A DNA stretch of 64,000 nt, taken from the NCBI RefSeq assembly GCF_052425735.1, contig NC_135762.1:30380001-30444000 (forward strand). The letters run 5' to 3'. Of this stretch, positions 12,080-23,218 are shown piece by piece. Under the pieces are notes generated by a model. The model did not search any database, was not told where the DNA came from, and saw only the letters and a list, made by a program, of their open reading frames with translations. A program made the translations under genes and the position numbers. Source of the stretch: Oculina patagonica. Lineage: Eukaryota. Every line of letters starts with the position of its first letter. Position 1 is the first letter of the stretch.

Positions 12080-13533
12080 ATGGCGGCAGCAAAACCTCAT
12101 CGCAGGAATTCAACAGGCAGTGCTTGCCGTGAAAGTACCGAGGATCGGCTGAAAAGAGAACATTTTTTACACCCAAACTCCGATCAGATAAATTTGAATC
12201 TTCTTCTCCAGGCGGTTCTTGATATAAACGATAAATTGAACGACAAACAAGAAGACAGAATGGCCGATGAAACAAGAACGACGACTTCAAAGAATGATTG
12301 GGAAAGCGTTAAAAAAGAAAGAGATTTCGACGACAACGCTTCTAGACATTCCTCGGTGTCTACAGCTTCTAGATCAAGGCCTCGAAGTGCTGTACATCTG
12401 AATGATTCTCGCCGCCCGCCGCCTCTTGATCGCAAAAACATGTCGTTTAGCAATACAAAGGTGGATGCAATTGATCGTGAAAACCAGAGACTTTTAAAGG
12501 AAATAACTCGAACTAGAGGAAGACCAAAGTCTGCTCAACCCAGGAAGGTTACTTCAGAACCCTTAAGAGTACAAACATCGTCCGAAGTGAACAGATACAG
12601 GTTTCAAAGAAAAGTTGATATGGAAAATCAGGTAGGAGAACTATCAAGCTTATACTTTAGAAGTATAAATATCAACCTTAAAATTCATTTGAGAACACGA
12701 AATTCGAACACTCTGGAACGTATGAAGGCCTTTATTCTCCCTGCTTTCCATTCAATAATCTCAACTTCATTCCAAACTTAAGCATTTTTACAGGGACCTA
12801 TAATTACAAAATAAACACCTCTTTTGGTAAACCTTTTCTAAACAGTGTGTCGCGTGATGAATTAATAATGCATAATTTACTGACGCGTTCAATCCTAATA
12901 TAGTTTTCAAAATTATTCAGGAAGATATAACTCGATTCAAACTTTGTTATTATTGTAGCAGAAGAGCAAAATCGTTGATTCCCAGAAATTTCTAGAAAGA
13001 AATTTCTAGAAAGACTCCAAGCCATAAGACCAACAAGAAGTTTATCCAGAGACTCACTGCTCAAAGAACATGTTAAACAGAGACAATACTCAAAAACTGC
13101 CTCGAGAAGATTAAATTTTTTTTAAAAAAATACTCATAATGAAGTGTCCATTGTTCAATAAACAGAATATTTTTTTGGTGACCTTATTTGCTTTCCTATA
13201 AGAGTTTTTAAATTGTTATCGTTTATCTCTGTCTTTTCCCAGAAATTTCTAGAAAGACTCCAAGCCATAAGACCAACAAGAAGTTTATCCAGAGACTCAC
13301 TGCTCAAAGAACATGTTAAACAGAGACAATACTCAAAAACTGCCTCGAGAAGTCGGCCAAGCAGCGCAAAAAGCACTGTATCAAGTGTCAGCCAACTTTC
13401 ACGTTCTTCCAGTGAATCAAGTTTAATGATTGGTGATTCTGTCAGTGTGACAAGTTCTAGGATATCGAGTGGCTCGCGGCGATCAGCGCAAAGAAGAGCA
13501 AACTCTAAGCCTGTGTGGGAATCTGGATGGTGA
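12080..13533 (+). CDS. CFAP97: Cilia- and flagella-associated protein 97 (KIAA1430 family)
   Basis: Exons 12080-12631 (donor CAG|gtagga) and 13243-13533. Motifs RKNMSFSN..VDAIDRENQRLLKEI and SSEVNR..QRKVDMENQKFLERLQAIRPT; ends in the typical ..VWESGW. Confidence 0.88.
12981..13109 (+). repeat. Intronic near-exact copy of the 5' part of CFAP97 exon 2
   Basis: Identical to ~13238-13352 except for an extra tandem 14-mer aaatttctagaaag. Confidence 0.9.
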
Positions 13534-14499
13534 TCTGTAAATTATATGCTAAAATACCAAACTTAAATTCATGAATAAACAGTTTTTCATAGACACAATA
13601 TGTAAAAGAATCTTGTATCAAAGGGAAACTGCGTTTACATTACCATATTATTATCTTAAAAGTAAATGAGTGAATGTATTCAAGCTTGTTACTGCTAGGT
13701 TCATTCTGTACATAATTTTATAAAATAAACGAATTCTTTGCATGGCAGCTTGTTACTTGTTATATATATATATGCACCTTTCTGTATCGTAATAAAATAT
13801 ATAGTAATTATTGCAATCTAAAGAATTTTCCTGTAAAAAAGGAGTCAAATGCAAAGACTTCTCAAGTTAATGCTAGGAAGTGGTTATCACTCGAGTGTTG
13901 AAAGTAAATATTCACATTTGCATTGGTTTTGTATTGCTCTGCTTAGTAATTGGTTAAAAACTCTCGCACCACTTTCTCAGCTAATCAGAAGTAAAATCAA
14001 AATCATGAATGGCTTGCGCAAGTTTTCCCAGGCTTCTAACTGGTTGCCTGTATTTGCTTTGAGTTTTGATTGTTCCTTTGGATTGTCTGTGTTCTTTGTT
14101 CTTGGTTTCATGTCCTTTTTCAACACTATTGAAAATTGCTTTCTCAGCAATTATTATAAAAATATATAATAATAGACTTTATTACTGTTTTAGGCAAAAA
14201 ATAATTACAACAGTATTACAAAAAAGTTAAATTAGTAAAAAAAGTTATATACAAAAGTATGATAGAAACTACATTTAAATTGACTGACTGTAACGTTTCG
14301 CTTCTGGTACGATGAATGAAGTCTGGTGCCTCTTTGTACGCAAAATGGGCACATGTATATATACTTAAATAACTAAACAAAATATAGCAACATAAATAAA
14401 TTATTAGTATAAAGGAGCACTTTTCACTCTTTGAAATTACTGGAAATTTTAACACACCTCCTTGTAGATTTTGATTCTTGCCAGTTCTTTAGATATGAC

Positions 14500-15446
14500 C
14501 AGGCATAACTAATCGATGACATCAATGAAATCAATGAGTAATCGATGGGTAATCAGTTGATTAGTCATTGATTATTGCCGATGATCAATGAGTAATCGAT
14601 GACTAATCGATAGGCCACAAAATTTTTGGTCATCGATTGCATCGATCAGTCATCGATTGCATCGATTAGTCATTGATTGCATTGATTACTCATCGATATA
14701 GTCTCGTGGTTGAAAACCGGAACTTGTAAAAGTATAACACGCTATAACAATCTAACAATATCATGGTAACACGTGAAAAAAGTACAGAAAGTAAAAGTGC
14801 TTGCAGCTGTTCCTGTGCGTAATGTAAGTGCTTATGATGGCTGTCTCCCTAAGCCGAAGCAGTTTTACTTTGCTGACAAACATCCACCGACCAAAATCTA
14901 TAACCACGTAGTCGATTCTTGTCTTCGTACTTGTTAGTTTCATTTCCAGACTGGTTGGTTTTCCTGTTCAATTGTTTTGTTATTAAATAAAGATTTGGGT
15001 AAAGTGAAATATTGAAATATCATCTGTATTTGTGCTTAGCCCTTCACGTCTTGATATGCCGGAAGGTTATTTGACCTTTTGTGAGGGCGTAATTTCATCA
15101 ACAAGAATGCCAGTTATAAAGCAAAATATGACTTACATAGAGAAAAAAAAATCACAAAAAATGGTACAAGAAAGCAAGGAATGTGTCTTTTGTGTGCAGT
15201 ATGATAGTTGATGAGTAATCGATGGGTCATCGATCAGTAATCAATAACATTAATAGGTAATCAATTACATCAATGAGTAATCGATGTCATCGATGAGTAA
15301 TCAATAGGCCACAAAATTTTTGGGCTTCGATTACTCATCGATTACTCATTGATCATCGCCAATAATCAATGACAAATCAACTGATTACCCATCGATTACT
15401 CATTGATTACCAATTGATGTCATTGATCATCGATTAGTTATGCCTG
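14500..15446. mobile_element. hAT-type non-autonomous element
   Basis: TIRs caggcataactaatcgatga; 8-bp TSD GATATGAC (14492-14499, 15447-15454); many subterminal ATCGAT/ATCAAT motifs. Confidence 0.88.
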
Positions 15447-17853
15447 GATATGACAATAATATTCAAACTCTCCTTAGTGTTCACCATTTATTTTGAATGG
15501 TTCCGGTTTAGGACAGGGACAATAATTATAATTTGTATAATAATGGAGTACAGCGTTAAGTATTAAACATTTGACCAATGGTTTTATCCAGTTAAAAATT
15601 GCTGGAATATGCTCTCAGAAGGCTGGAAATGCTATTTTAGATACCCCAGATTTGAAAATCTCCCAGGGGAGCATGCCCACAAATCCCCCTGGAACCTTGC
15701 ACTTCAGTGCTCCAGATGCCCCCGCCTCTGCTTTTTATTTTTTTTTTTTATGAAGTGGCAAAATGTAATATTGCAATAAAATATTAGCCTAGGGGACAAA
15801 TGTAAGCCTTATAATAGTAAGTGCATAATACGCCCCAAAGCTTATAAAAAGAGGATGCTTTGGAAACCATGTGACAGCAGTTTGTTGCACATGTTTGCCT
15901 GTACGTGTTGCGTGCCTATGTTTTGCGAATTGCGAACCCCAGGGGATGATGGGTCACTACATTCCACTGCAAAATCGAAAGTGCTAGTGCATGCTGTGTT
16001 GAAGGGCGTTGAAGCAACGTTTTACCCAAATTTGTTTCATTCAGATCTTGCCTTCTGTTCGAAACTGGTGGTGATATTTAATTGCCGAGGCGAGAACAAC
16101 TTTTAAAGCGGTGAGTACTCTTCACAAACAACCAATTCAAGTCGTGTGTTTTAATCGAGAGTGAGGGAAAATTCAATTCTAACCGGAAGTACTAAACAGT
16201 AACATACGTATATAGAAAGCAACTTTATTTAAGGTCTACAAATGAACAGAAGTGAACAGATGAACAATCTGTATCTATCGAAAGCAAAAACTTTTGAAGG
16301 CGCGCATCAGGTGTACAAAGAAAAAGTTGAAACGTTTTGAATTCGTGTTTCGCGCAATTTTGGGGGAGGGAACAGCTCTACAAAGTTATGTGGCTCGGAT
16401 TGTGATGGCTTTATGAAGGAGTATAAATGCATCTGCTTCTCTGATAATGGCTGATGCCGATTTCTACTAAAGACACTAAACAGAGCGACATTTGCCATTG
16501 AGCTTTACCTTTCATGTGGGTATAATACATGTTATAATGAAGGCTGTTTCTACAAGCATTAGGCGTCTGTTTCCTTTCGGGCAATTTCCCCAGTCTGTGA
16601 AAGCGAAATCAGTTGTCTGAGCATTTCAAGAAATGCTCAAAATCTGCTGGAAGTTATACGATAGAAGGTCGCTTGAAGTGATCTAATATTACATGGGTGT
16701 AAACCTGACTTAGAGCTGCGACTTTTTGTAATCAAAGTGGGAGAAATGTATTATTTTAATTTAAATGTGGCAGTCTATTGTTGCCTATTTGATATCGTTT
16801 TACTTTTTATATTTGGAAGAACCAACCCAAAACTGACTTAACATTATATCAGCTCTTACGATTGAAATGACACACCAGTATCGAAAGTTTCACAACAATG
16901 CTTTCAAATTATAACTCCCAAACTCCTGGCGTGACTTTGTGCTATGAAGTGAAACCTGAGACCGTGTACACTATTGAAACAAATAAATCGCGTGATATTT
17001 CCCATAGACTGTCATACTTGATGCATAGCGTTGTTATATCTCTGCTTTTATCGAATGCAACAAACTAGCTATCATATGGACTGTTAATACTAAATTTTCA
17101 GAGGAAAAGAGGACATCTTAATACGATTCGTATGTAAATCATATCATGTCTGCGACCTCACAGCGCACTTGTTGATCAATTACAACAAAAGGCCTGTCAA
17201 ATCGGTTGAGTAACTTTTCCGCTTTCAATTGAAACGAGCATTGACTGAACAAACATGCAGTATGCCGGGGCGAAGCATTATAAGCGATGACGGCATCACC
17301 TGAAGGGACATGACACTGGTCCGCTATAAGAAATAAGCCTGCGTGGGAGGCGTCGAAAGATAGAGGGGAAAAAGGAAGAGGTAGCCTGCACAGCAGACGC
17401 CTGAGTAGTTTTTGAGCGCGCGTTTGGGAAGCGCGAAAGGCGCGAGACGGCTACGCGAGAAAAAAATAGCCGTCTTTTGCCTTTCGCGTTTTCCAAATAC
17501 GCGCGCAAAACTACACAGGCGCCTGCTACGCAGAGGGACTTTGAATAGGGGGATCCCTCATCCATTTCGCGTTTTTTCCTAAACAAATAAATTAATGGCT
17601 ATTTCCATCCTTAGGCGACAAAACCCAATAAAAAATGCAAGAGGGTTATATATCTCCCAGGTATCGATTGCGACTTTGTTACTAAATACAGGGTGGTAAA
17701 GGATGGGTAAACCTCGTCCCCAGGGTGCTTTCCCTTCAGAGCGGAAGGGACCCCTCCCGCTGTGAAGGGAAAAGAGCGCCCTGGGGACTTGAGCAAAAAT
17801 TAACGCGACGCGCGTAAAAACAGCTCAAAAACTCCCTGAGTTATCTGGTTATT

Positions 17854-18091
17854 TAGACTAAGAGCAGTCCCGATTTTTTCGCAGAGTCCGTCCAGGGGCA
17901 CGCACTAGAGAGACACGTAAGCAGCGAAGCCGCACACCCTGCGAGCAGGCTCACCTTGGGGCACGCGCGAAAGCGACACGCGGCGAAGCCGCGACAACGA
18001 GCGGCGTCAGTCGCACTTAGCCTAAGGTGAGCCCGCTCGAAGTCTAGCGTGAAACGAAAAAATGCGAAAAATAGGTACTGCTCGTAGTCTA
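17854..18091. mobile_element. TAG...CTA MITE with 9-bp TSD (AcademH-like)
   Basis: Ends tagactaagagcagt / actgctcgtagtcta; CTGGTTATT on both flanks. Confidence 0.75.
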
Positions 18092-18898
18092 CTGGTTATT
18101 GTGAGGATCATGATTCGTGTTTCGGGCAGAAATATGTTCGTGTTCGTGGAAGCCTTTTTTGCACTTAATCAATTCCCTGCCAATTATTTATTATGTCAAT
18201 TCACTTAATCTACTCAACCTTCAAGCGCGAAAGTTAAGTGAAAGTTTAGTACCACTGAAGGAAGGAATTTTCAACGTAGATGGGCCGTTGTGGTCAATTG
18301 ACTCAAGCTGTTGCCGAGATTTAGTCCTGCCCTTGCGTTTTTGTTAATTTTGACGTTATTGTTCCTTTGATGAAGTCGTTTTATTTAATTTAAGGACATG
18401 TTAATATTGCCAAGGAAATGTAAACTGTGTCTTACTGAAAAACGCGAAATTAAGGTGATAAAAAATACAAAATTTTCGCACAATTGCAAAATTCAAGTGT
18501 CGCGAAATATGCGCACCTCAAAACCGCGAAATTTAGGTATCGCGAAAATTTCATGTAAGAAGGAATTTATCATCTTTGTTCCCTTTGATCTTAGTCGTTG
18601 CAACTGCCTGTTTTTTCCTGGTGCTATCCATTTCTGTCTAACGACTTCTAATCGTTGATCTCTGCTTGTTTATTCGTTTACTTGTTAGCATGAAGATGGG
18701 CCTATAACCGGAGGAGCGTATACGCGGTTCCACAAACATTTTTACGACCCTGTGAGATGAAAAAGAGATTCAAAATAGAAACACTAGTGTTAGATTTAAG
18801 TGTTGTATTTTGATATTAAATATAGTTTATTTTTTAATTATCTAAACGTACATTATGTTCAAACAGGGTTGAAAACTTGGTGCTGAGTCAAAGCAGAA

Positions 18899-21800
18899 AT
18901 GACCACACCGGTATACACTAAAGAACAGCTCAACTACTTCAGAATTTGTTACATTGCTACCAACGTTGTGCCTGAGGGGCTGCGATTGATTTTTAAAGAA
19001 GAATGGGACAACCGTTACAAGGCAACGTTTGGCGAATGGAAGGATACGCCTCAAAATGGACGGGACTTCTTCAATGGTGAATCTGCAGGAACTCAAAGAC
19101 GACATGCACGACTCCTGGCGACAATGATGAACGGTAATAGAGTCGAATGGGATTGTACCATGCTCTTTTACGCCATTCTTCACTCCGATTCTATCCGCGG
19201 ACTGAGTGCAACAGTTCTCTCAAGTGTGGATGATCTCAGAGAATTTCGCAATGAAGATTTTGCTCACATGCCAAAGGGCCAGCTTTCGGATCTACATTTC
19301 AGGGTTGCTGCCCGCAAAGTTGAGATTGCATTTCAAGCACTTGGCCTCTCCACGGTCCAAATCCAAAATATCTGCAAACAGAAAAGTTTCCCAACTGAGG
19401 AGCTTCAACAAGTCATGAAGAAGGTTCAAAACCTTTACCAAGAACTTCACGAAAAGGATGCCAAACTCCAAACCACTGAAGAACAACGTCAGGTTCTTGA
19501 AGTCCAGTTACAGCAAGATGTGTCCTCATTTTGCATTCTTCCACCTAAACCCTCACACGAAGTCGCAACTCGCGACTGCGAGGTTGCTAAAATCACACAA
19601 CAGCTCGACCGGCTGAAGAATGCGAATGAAAGTGGTTTAAGCTACTTATATATCTCAGGTAATCCAGGAAGTGGAAAATCTCAGCTGGCTGGTCTTGTAG
19701 CAAAGAAAACTTATGACGAAGCCATCAAAGACACCGATGCCCCCTCATTTGTAATGACGCTGAATGCTGAAAGCTTAGAAACGCTCTTGGAATCGTATGT
19801 TTCACTGGCGCGGCAGGTCAAGTGTCCAGAATACACTGTCAGTGACACCCGTAACTCAAAAGAAATGAAGATTGACGAGAAAATCAACAACCTGAAGGAT
19901 TTGATTGCTACAAAAATTCAACTTTTTGCCTCGTGGCTCCTGGTGGTTGACAATGTTACAAGTTTATTTCTCATACACGATTTTCTTCCTCATCCTGGAA
20001 ATGAGCAGTGGATAAATGGCCAGTTCCTAATCACGACACAAGACACCTTGTCTATCCCTGCAGAGAGCTCTTTTGTTTCTCACATCAGCATAAGCGAAGG
20101 CATGGAGCCCACAGATGCCAGTTGTTTTTTAGCCAAGATTTCTGGTATCAAGGATCAAGAAATGGAGGAGACAGTGGCGAAGGCCTTAGATTACCAACCG
20201 CTCGCTTTGGCTAGTGCAGGCACTTACGTTAAAAAGATCCGTGAGAGTAAAGTATGTACAACCTTCGGTTGGGAGGAGTATTTGGAAAAGCTAGAAAAAG
20301 GCCTGCGAGTTAGAACTGAAAAGGAACTCACAAACACCAACCCAAGCTACCCCAAATCCATGACTGTAGCAACAAGACTGGCTGTTGAACGGGCGATTGC
20401 GTCTGACAGTGTTGTTAAGAACGCATTTACTCTCCTTTCTGTCTGCTCTCCTCAGCCACTGCATCTCGATATCTTGATGAATTATATTCTAAATGTGGAT
20501 AAGGATCGTGAAAGAGAGGAAATCGGCATTCAGATTCAAGGATACTCGCTACTGTTGTTTGAGGAAAGAGAAAATTGCGTCTTCGTTAGTGTTCACCAAA
20601 TTGTGCATGAGATTATTAAATCTGTAATCAAAGAACAGTTAGAGAGCGATGGAAAGCCTCGCGTTGTTGATGCAGCTGTAAGATCATTCATCCAATTCAT
20701 AGACAGTAAGTTATTAAACAGTTGGTACGAAGATGATTTCCTCACTGAGGGCAAGCATCTTATTCCACACTTGAAAGCCTTGGTTGTTGATATCGAAAAC
20801 TTGTTTGGCGCCGATGTGGAACACCTAAGCGTTTTTAATGACTCACTGTCGTCATTACACTTTCACAAGCTTGGCAAAATTTGCCGCAATCACTGCGAAT
20901 TGTTTTTAGCGAAGAGTTTCTATAACATGGCTCTAGACATTCGGCTGAAAAAGCTTGGACCAGACCATGTTGATGTCGCTACTTCGTATAATAACTTAGC
21001 TGCTGTGCAGCGTGCCTTGGGTGACCTGCAGCAAGCCAAGCAGCTTCATGAAAATGCTCTAGACATTCGGCTGAAAAAGCTTGGACCCGACCATGTTGAT
21101 GTCGCTACTTCGTATAATAACTTAGCTAATGTGCAGCATGACTTGGGTGACCTGCAGCAAGCCAAGGAGCTTTTTGAAAATGCTCTAGACATTCGGCTGA
21201 AAAAGCTTGGACCAGACCATGTTGTTGTCGCCACTACGTACAATAATTTAGCTCTTGTGCAGCGTGCCTTGGGTGACCTGCAGCAAGCCAAGGAGCTTTT
21301 TGAAAATGCTCTAGACATTGAGCGGAAAAAGCTTGGACCCGACCATGTTGTTGTCGCCACTACGTACAATAATTTAGCTCTTGTGCAGCATGGCTTGGGT
21401 GACCTGCAGCAAGCCAAGGAGCTTTTTGAAAATGCTCTAGACATTCGGCTGAAAAAGCTTGGACCCGACCATGTTGATGTCGCTACTTCGTACAATAACT
21501 TAGCTGCTGTGCAGCGTGCCTTGGGTGACCTGCAGCAAGCCAAGGAGCTTCTTGAAAATGCTCTAGACATTCGGCTGAAAAAGCTTGGACCCGACCATGT
21601 TGATGTCGCTACTTCGTATAATAACTTAGCTCTTGTGCAGCGTGACTTGGGTGACCTGCAGCAAGCCAAGGAGCTTTTTGAACATGCTTTAGACATTGAG
21701 CGGAAAAAGCTTGGACCCGACCATGTTGTTGTCGCCACTACGTACAAAAATTTAGCTCTTGTGCAGCATGACTTGGGTGACCTGCAGCAAGCCAAGCAGC

Positions 21801-22417
21801 TTCATGAAAATGCTCTAGACATTCGGCTGAAAAAGCTTGGACCAGACCATGTTGATGTCGCTACTTCGTATAATAACTTAGCTGCTGTGCAGCGTGCCTT
21901 GGGTGACCTGCAGCAAGCCAAGGAGCTTTTTGAAAATGCTTTAGACATTCGGCTGAAAAAGCTTGGACCAGACCATGTTGATGTCGCTACTTCGTATAAT
22001 AACTTAGCTGCTGTGCAGCGTGCCTTGGGTGACCTGCAGCAAGCCAAGGAGCTTTTTGAAAATGCTCTAGACATTCGGCTGAAAAAGCTTGGACCAGACC
22101 ATGTTGATGTCGCTACTTCGTATAATAACTTAGCTGCTGTGCAGCGTGCCTTGGGTGACCTGCAGCAAGCCAAGCAGCTTCATGAAAATGCTCTAGACAT
22201 TCGGCTGAAAAAGCTTGGACCCGACCATGTTGTTGTCGCCACTACGTACAATAATTTAGCTCTTGTGCAGCATGACTTGGGTGACCTGCAGCAAGCCAAG
22301 GAGCTTTTTGAACATGCTTTAGACATTATGCTGAAAAAGCTTGGACCTGACCATGTATATGTCACGAAAATTTATAATAATTTGGCTGCAGTGCACAATG
22401 ACTTGGGTGACCTGTAG
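18899..22417 (+). CDS. HEPN - coiled coil - STAND (NB-ARC-like) NTPase - TPR repeat protein, 1172 aa, intronless CDS
   Basis: N-terminal DZIP3/hRUL138-like HEPN features (WDCTMLFYAIL..LREFRNEDFAH). Walker A GNPGSGKS, Walker B WLLVVDNV, sensor-1 FLITTQ, GxP-like DYQPLALA, winged-helix SVHQIVH. Eleven full plus one partial 42-aa kinesin-light-chain-type TPR. Confidence 0.9.
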   Translation: MTTPVYTKEQLNYFRICYIATNVVPEGLRLIFKEEWDNRYKATFGEWKDTPQNGRDFFNGESAGTQRRHARLLATMMNGNRVEWDCTMLFYAILHSDSIRGLSATVLSSVDDLREFRNEDFAHMPKGQLSDLHFRVAARKVEIAFQALGLSTVQIQNICKQKSFPTEELQQVMKKVQNLYQELHEKDAKLQTTEEQRQVLEVQLQQDVSSFCILPPKPSHEVATRDCEVAKITQQLDRLKNANESGLSYLYISGNPGSGKSQLAGLVAKKTYDEAIKDTDAPSFVMTLNAESLETLLESYVSLARQVKCPEYTVSDTRNSKEMKIDEKINNLKDLIATKIQLFASWLLVVDNVTSLFLIHDFLPHPGNEQWINGQFLITTQDTLSIPAESSFVSHISISEGMEPTDASCFLAKISGIKDQEMEETVAKALDYQPLALASAGTYVKKIRESKVCTTFGWEEYLEKLEKGLRVRTEKELTNTNPSYPKSMTVATRLAVERAIASDSVVKNAFTLLSVCSPQPLHLDILMNYILNVDKDREREEIGIQIQGYSLLLFEERENCVFVSVHQIVHEIIKSVIKEQLESDGKPRVVDAAVRSFIQFIDSKLLNSWYEDDFLTEGKHLIPHLKALVVDIENLFGADVEHLSVFNDSLSSLHFHKLGKICRNHCELFLAKSFYNMALDIRLKKLGPDHVDVATSYNNLAAVQRALGDLQQAKQLHENALDIRLKKLGPDHVDVATSYNNLANVQHDLGDLQQAKELFENALDIRLKKLGPDHVVVATTYNNLALVQRALGDLQQAKELFENALDIERKKLGPDHVVVATTYNNLALVQHGLGDLQQAKELFENALDIRLKKLGPDHVDVATSYNNLAAVQRALGDLQQAKELLENALDIRLKKLGPDHVDVATSYNNLALVQRDLGDLQQAKELFEHALDIERKKLGPDHVVVATTYKNLALVQHDLGDLQQAKQLHENALDIRLKKLGPDHVDVATSYNNLAAVQRALGDLQQAKELFENALDIRLKKLGPDHVDVATSYNNLAAVQRALGDLQQAKELFENALDIRLKKLGPDHVDVATSYNNLAAVQRALGDLQQAKQLHENALDIRLKKLGPDHVVVATTYNNLALVQHDLGDLQQAKELFEHALDIMLKKLGPDHVYVTKIYNNLAAVHNDLGDL
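20930..22414 (+). repeat. Coding tandem array of 126-bp TPR units (11 full + 1 partial)
   Basis: Unit gctctagacattcggctgaaaaagcttggacc(a/c)gaccatgtt.. recurs every 126 nt from 20930 to 22316. Confidence 0.97.
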
Positions 22418-23218
22418 TAGACAAAGAAGCATTATGAACGTTGGATCTTGACCACGTTATTTTACGACTTGTGCTATTTCCTCGAATTTCCAATTAATAG
22501 AAACAGTAGAATCCCAATATCTTGAACCCTCCGTCTTCGAACTAATTTTTGTTTTCCTTGGATTGTACTTCTCTGAAAATTTACTCCCGATTTCTCAAAG
22601 CAATTTTCGTTTCCCCTGGAGGTTCGAGAAACCAGGATTTTACTGTGCAATCATCTATAGGTGATGCCTTGTACCGTACACAGAACGCCGGACTCTTTTT
22701 GCTAATCAGTTGTTTACTTTATGGCCAATATCATCGAAGTTTTAGAGGACAACTATTTTTTTTTTGTTTCAAGTAGCTTTCTTTGGCCAATAAAGTAGCT
22801 TACTGGAGGCGCGAAAAGAATGAGAAATCTCTACCAGTTTACAGCCATGTGAAGATAATATCACGGAGCTTATTGACTGAGTGGATAACCAGAACATCTC
22901 ACGTGTACGACTGTGTATGTTAGTTATTTTGTCGAGTTCGTTATTTAGTTCACATTTAAGCATTTCTTTCACAGTTTTTGACAGTCTGAAATCAGTTGAC
23001 TGATAATTAATAACTTCTTTATTAGACAGACAAGTGTGTAAAATTGGTGTGTTGGTTTACTTGTTGGTATCTTACTTTGTCGATCAAAATAATTGCTTCT
23101 ATAATATCTGTTTGAAAATACCGTAAAGCTGGTTTAACTAATTACCGAAAACTTATAAGCGTAATTGGTTAGCCGACTTAAAGTATAATGGAAACAAAAA
23201 CAAACAGCTGAGTATTTA

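Noticed and set aside
21046-22365. Long antisense ORFs (249, 123 and 61 aa) over the TPR array
   Set aside because: They are mirror frames of the 126-bp repeat, broken wherever the sense CAT GAA variant occurs. There is no independent evidence of coding.
20930-22414. CRISPR-like appearance of regular repeats
   Set aside because: These are contiguous in-frame coding units with no unique spacers and no cas genes, in a eukaryotic context.
18899-22417. Naming the gene nephrocystin-3 or kinesin light chain
   Set aside because: Similarity is limited to the 42-aa TPR type; the N-terminal HEPN and NB-ARC architecture differs.
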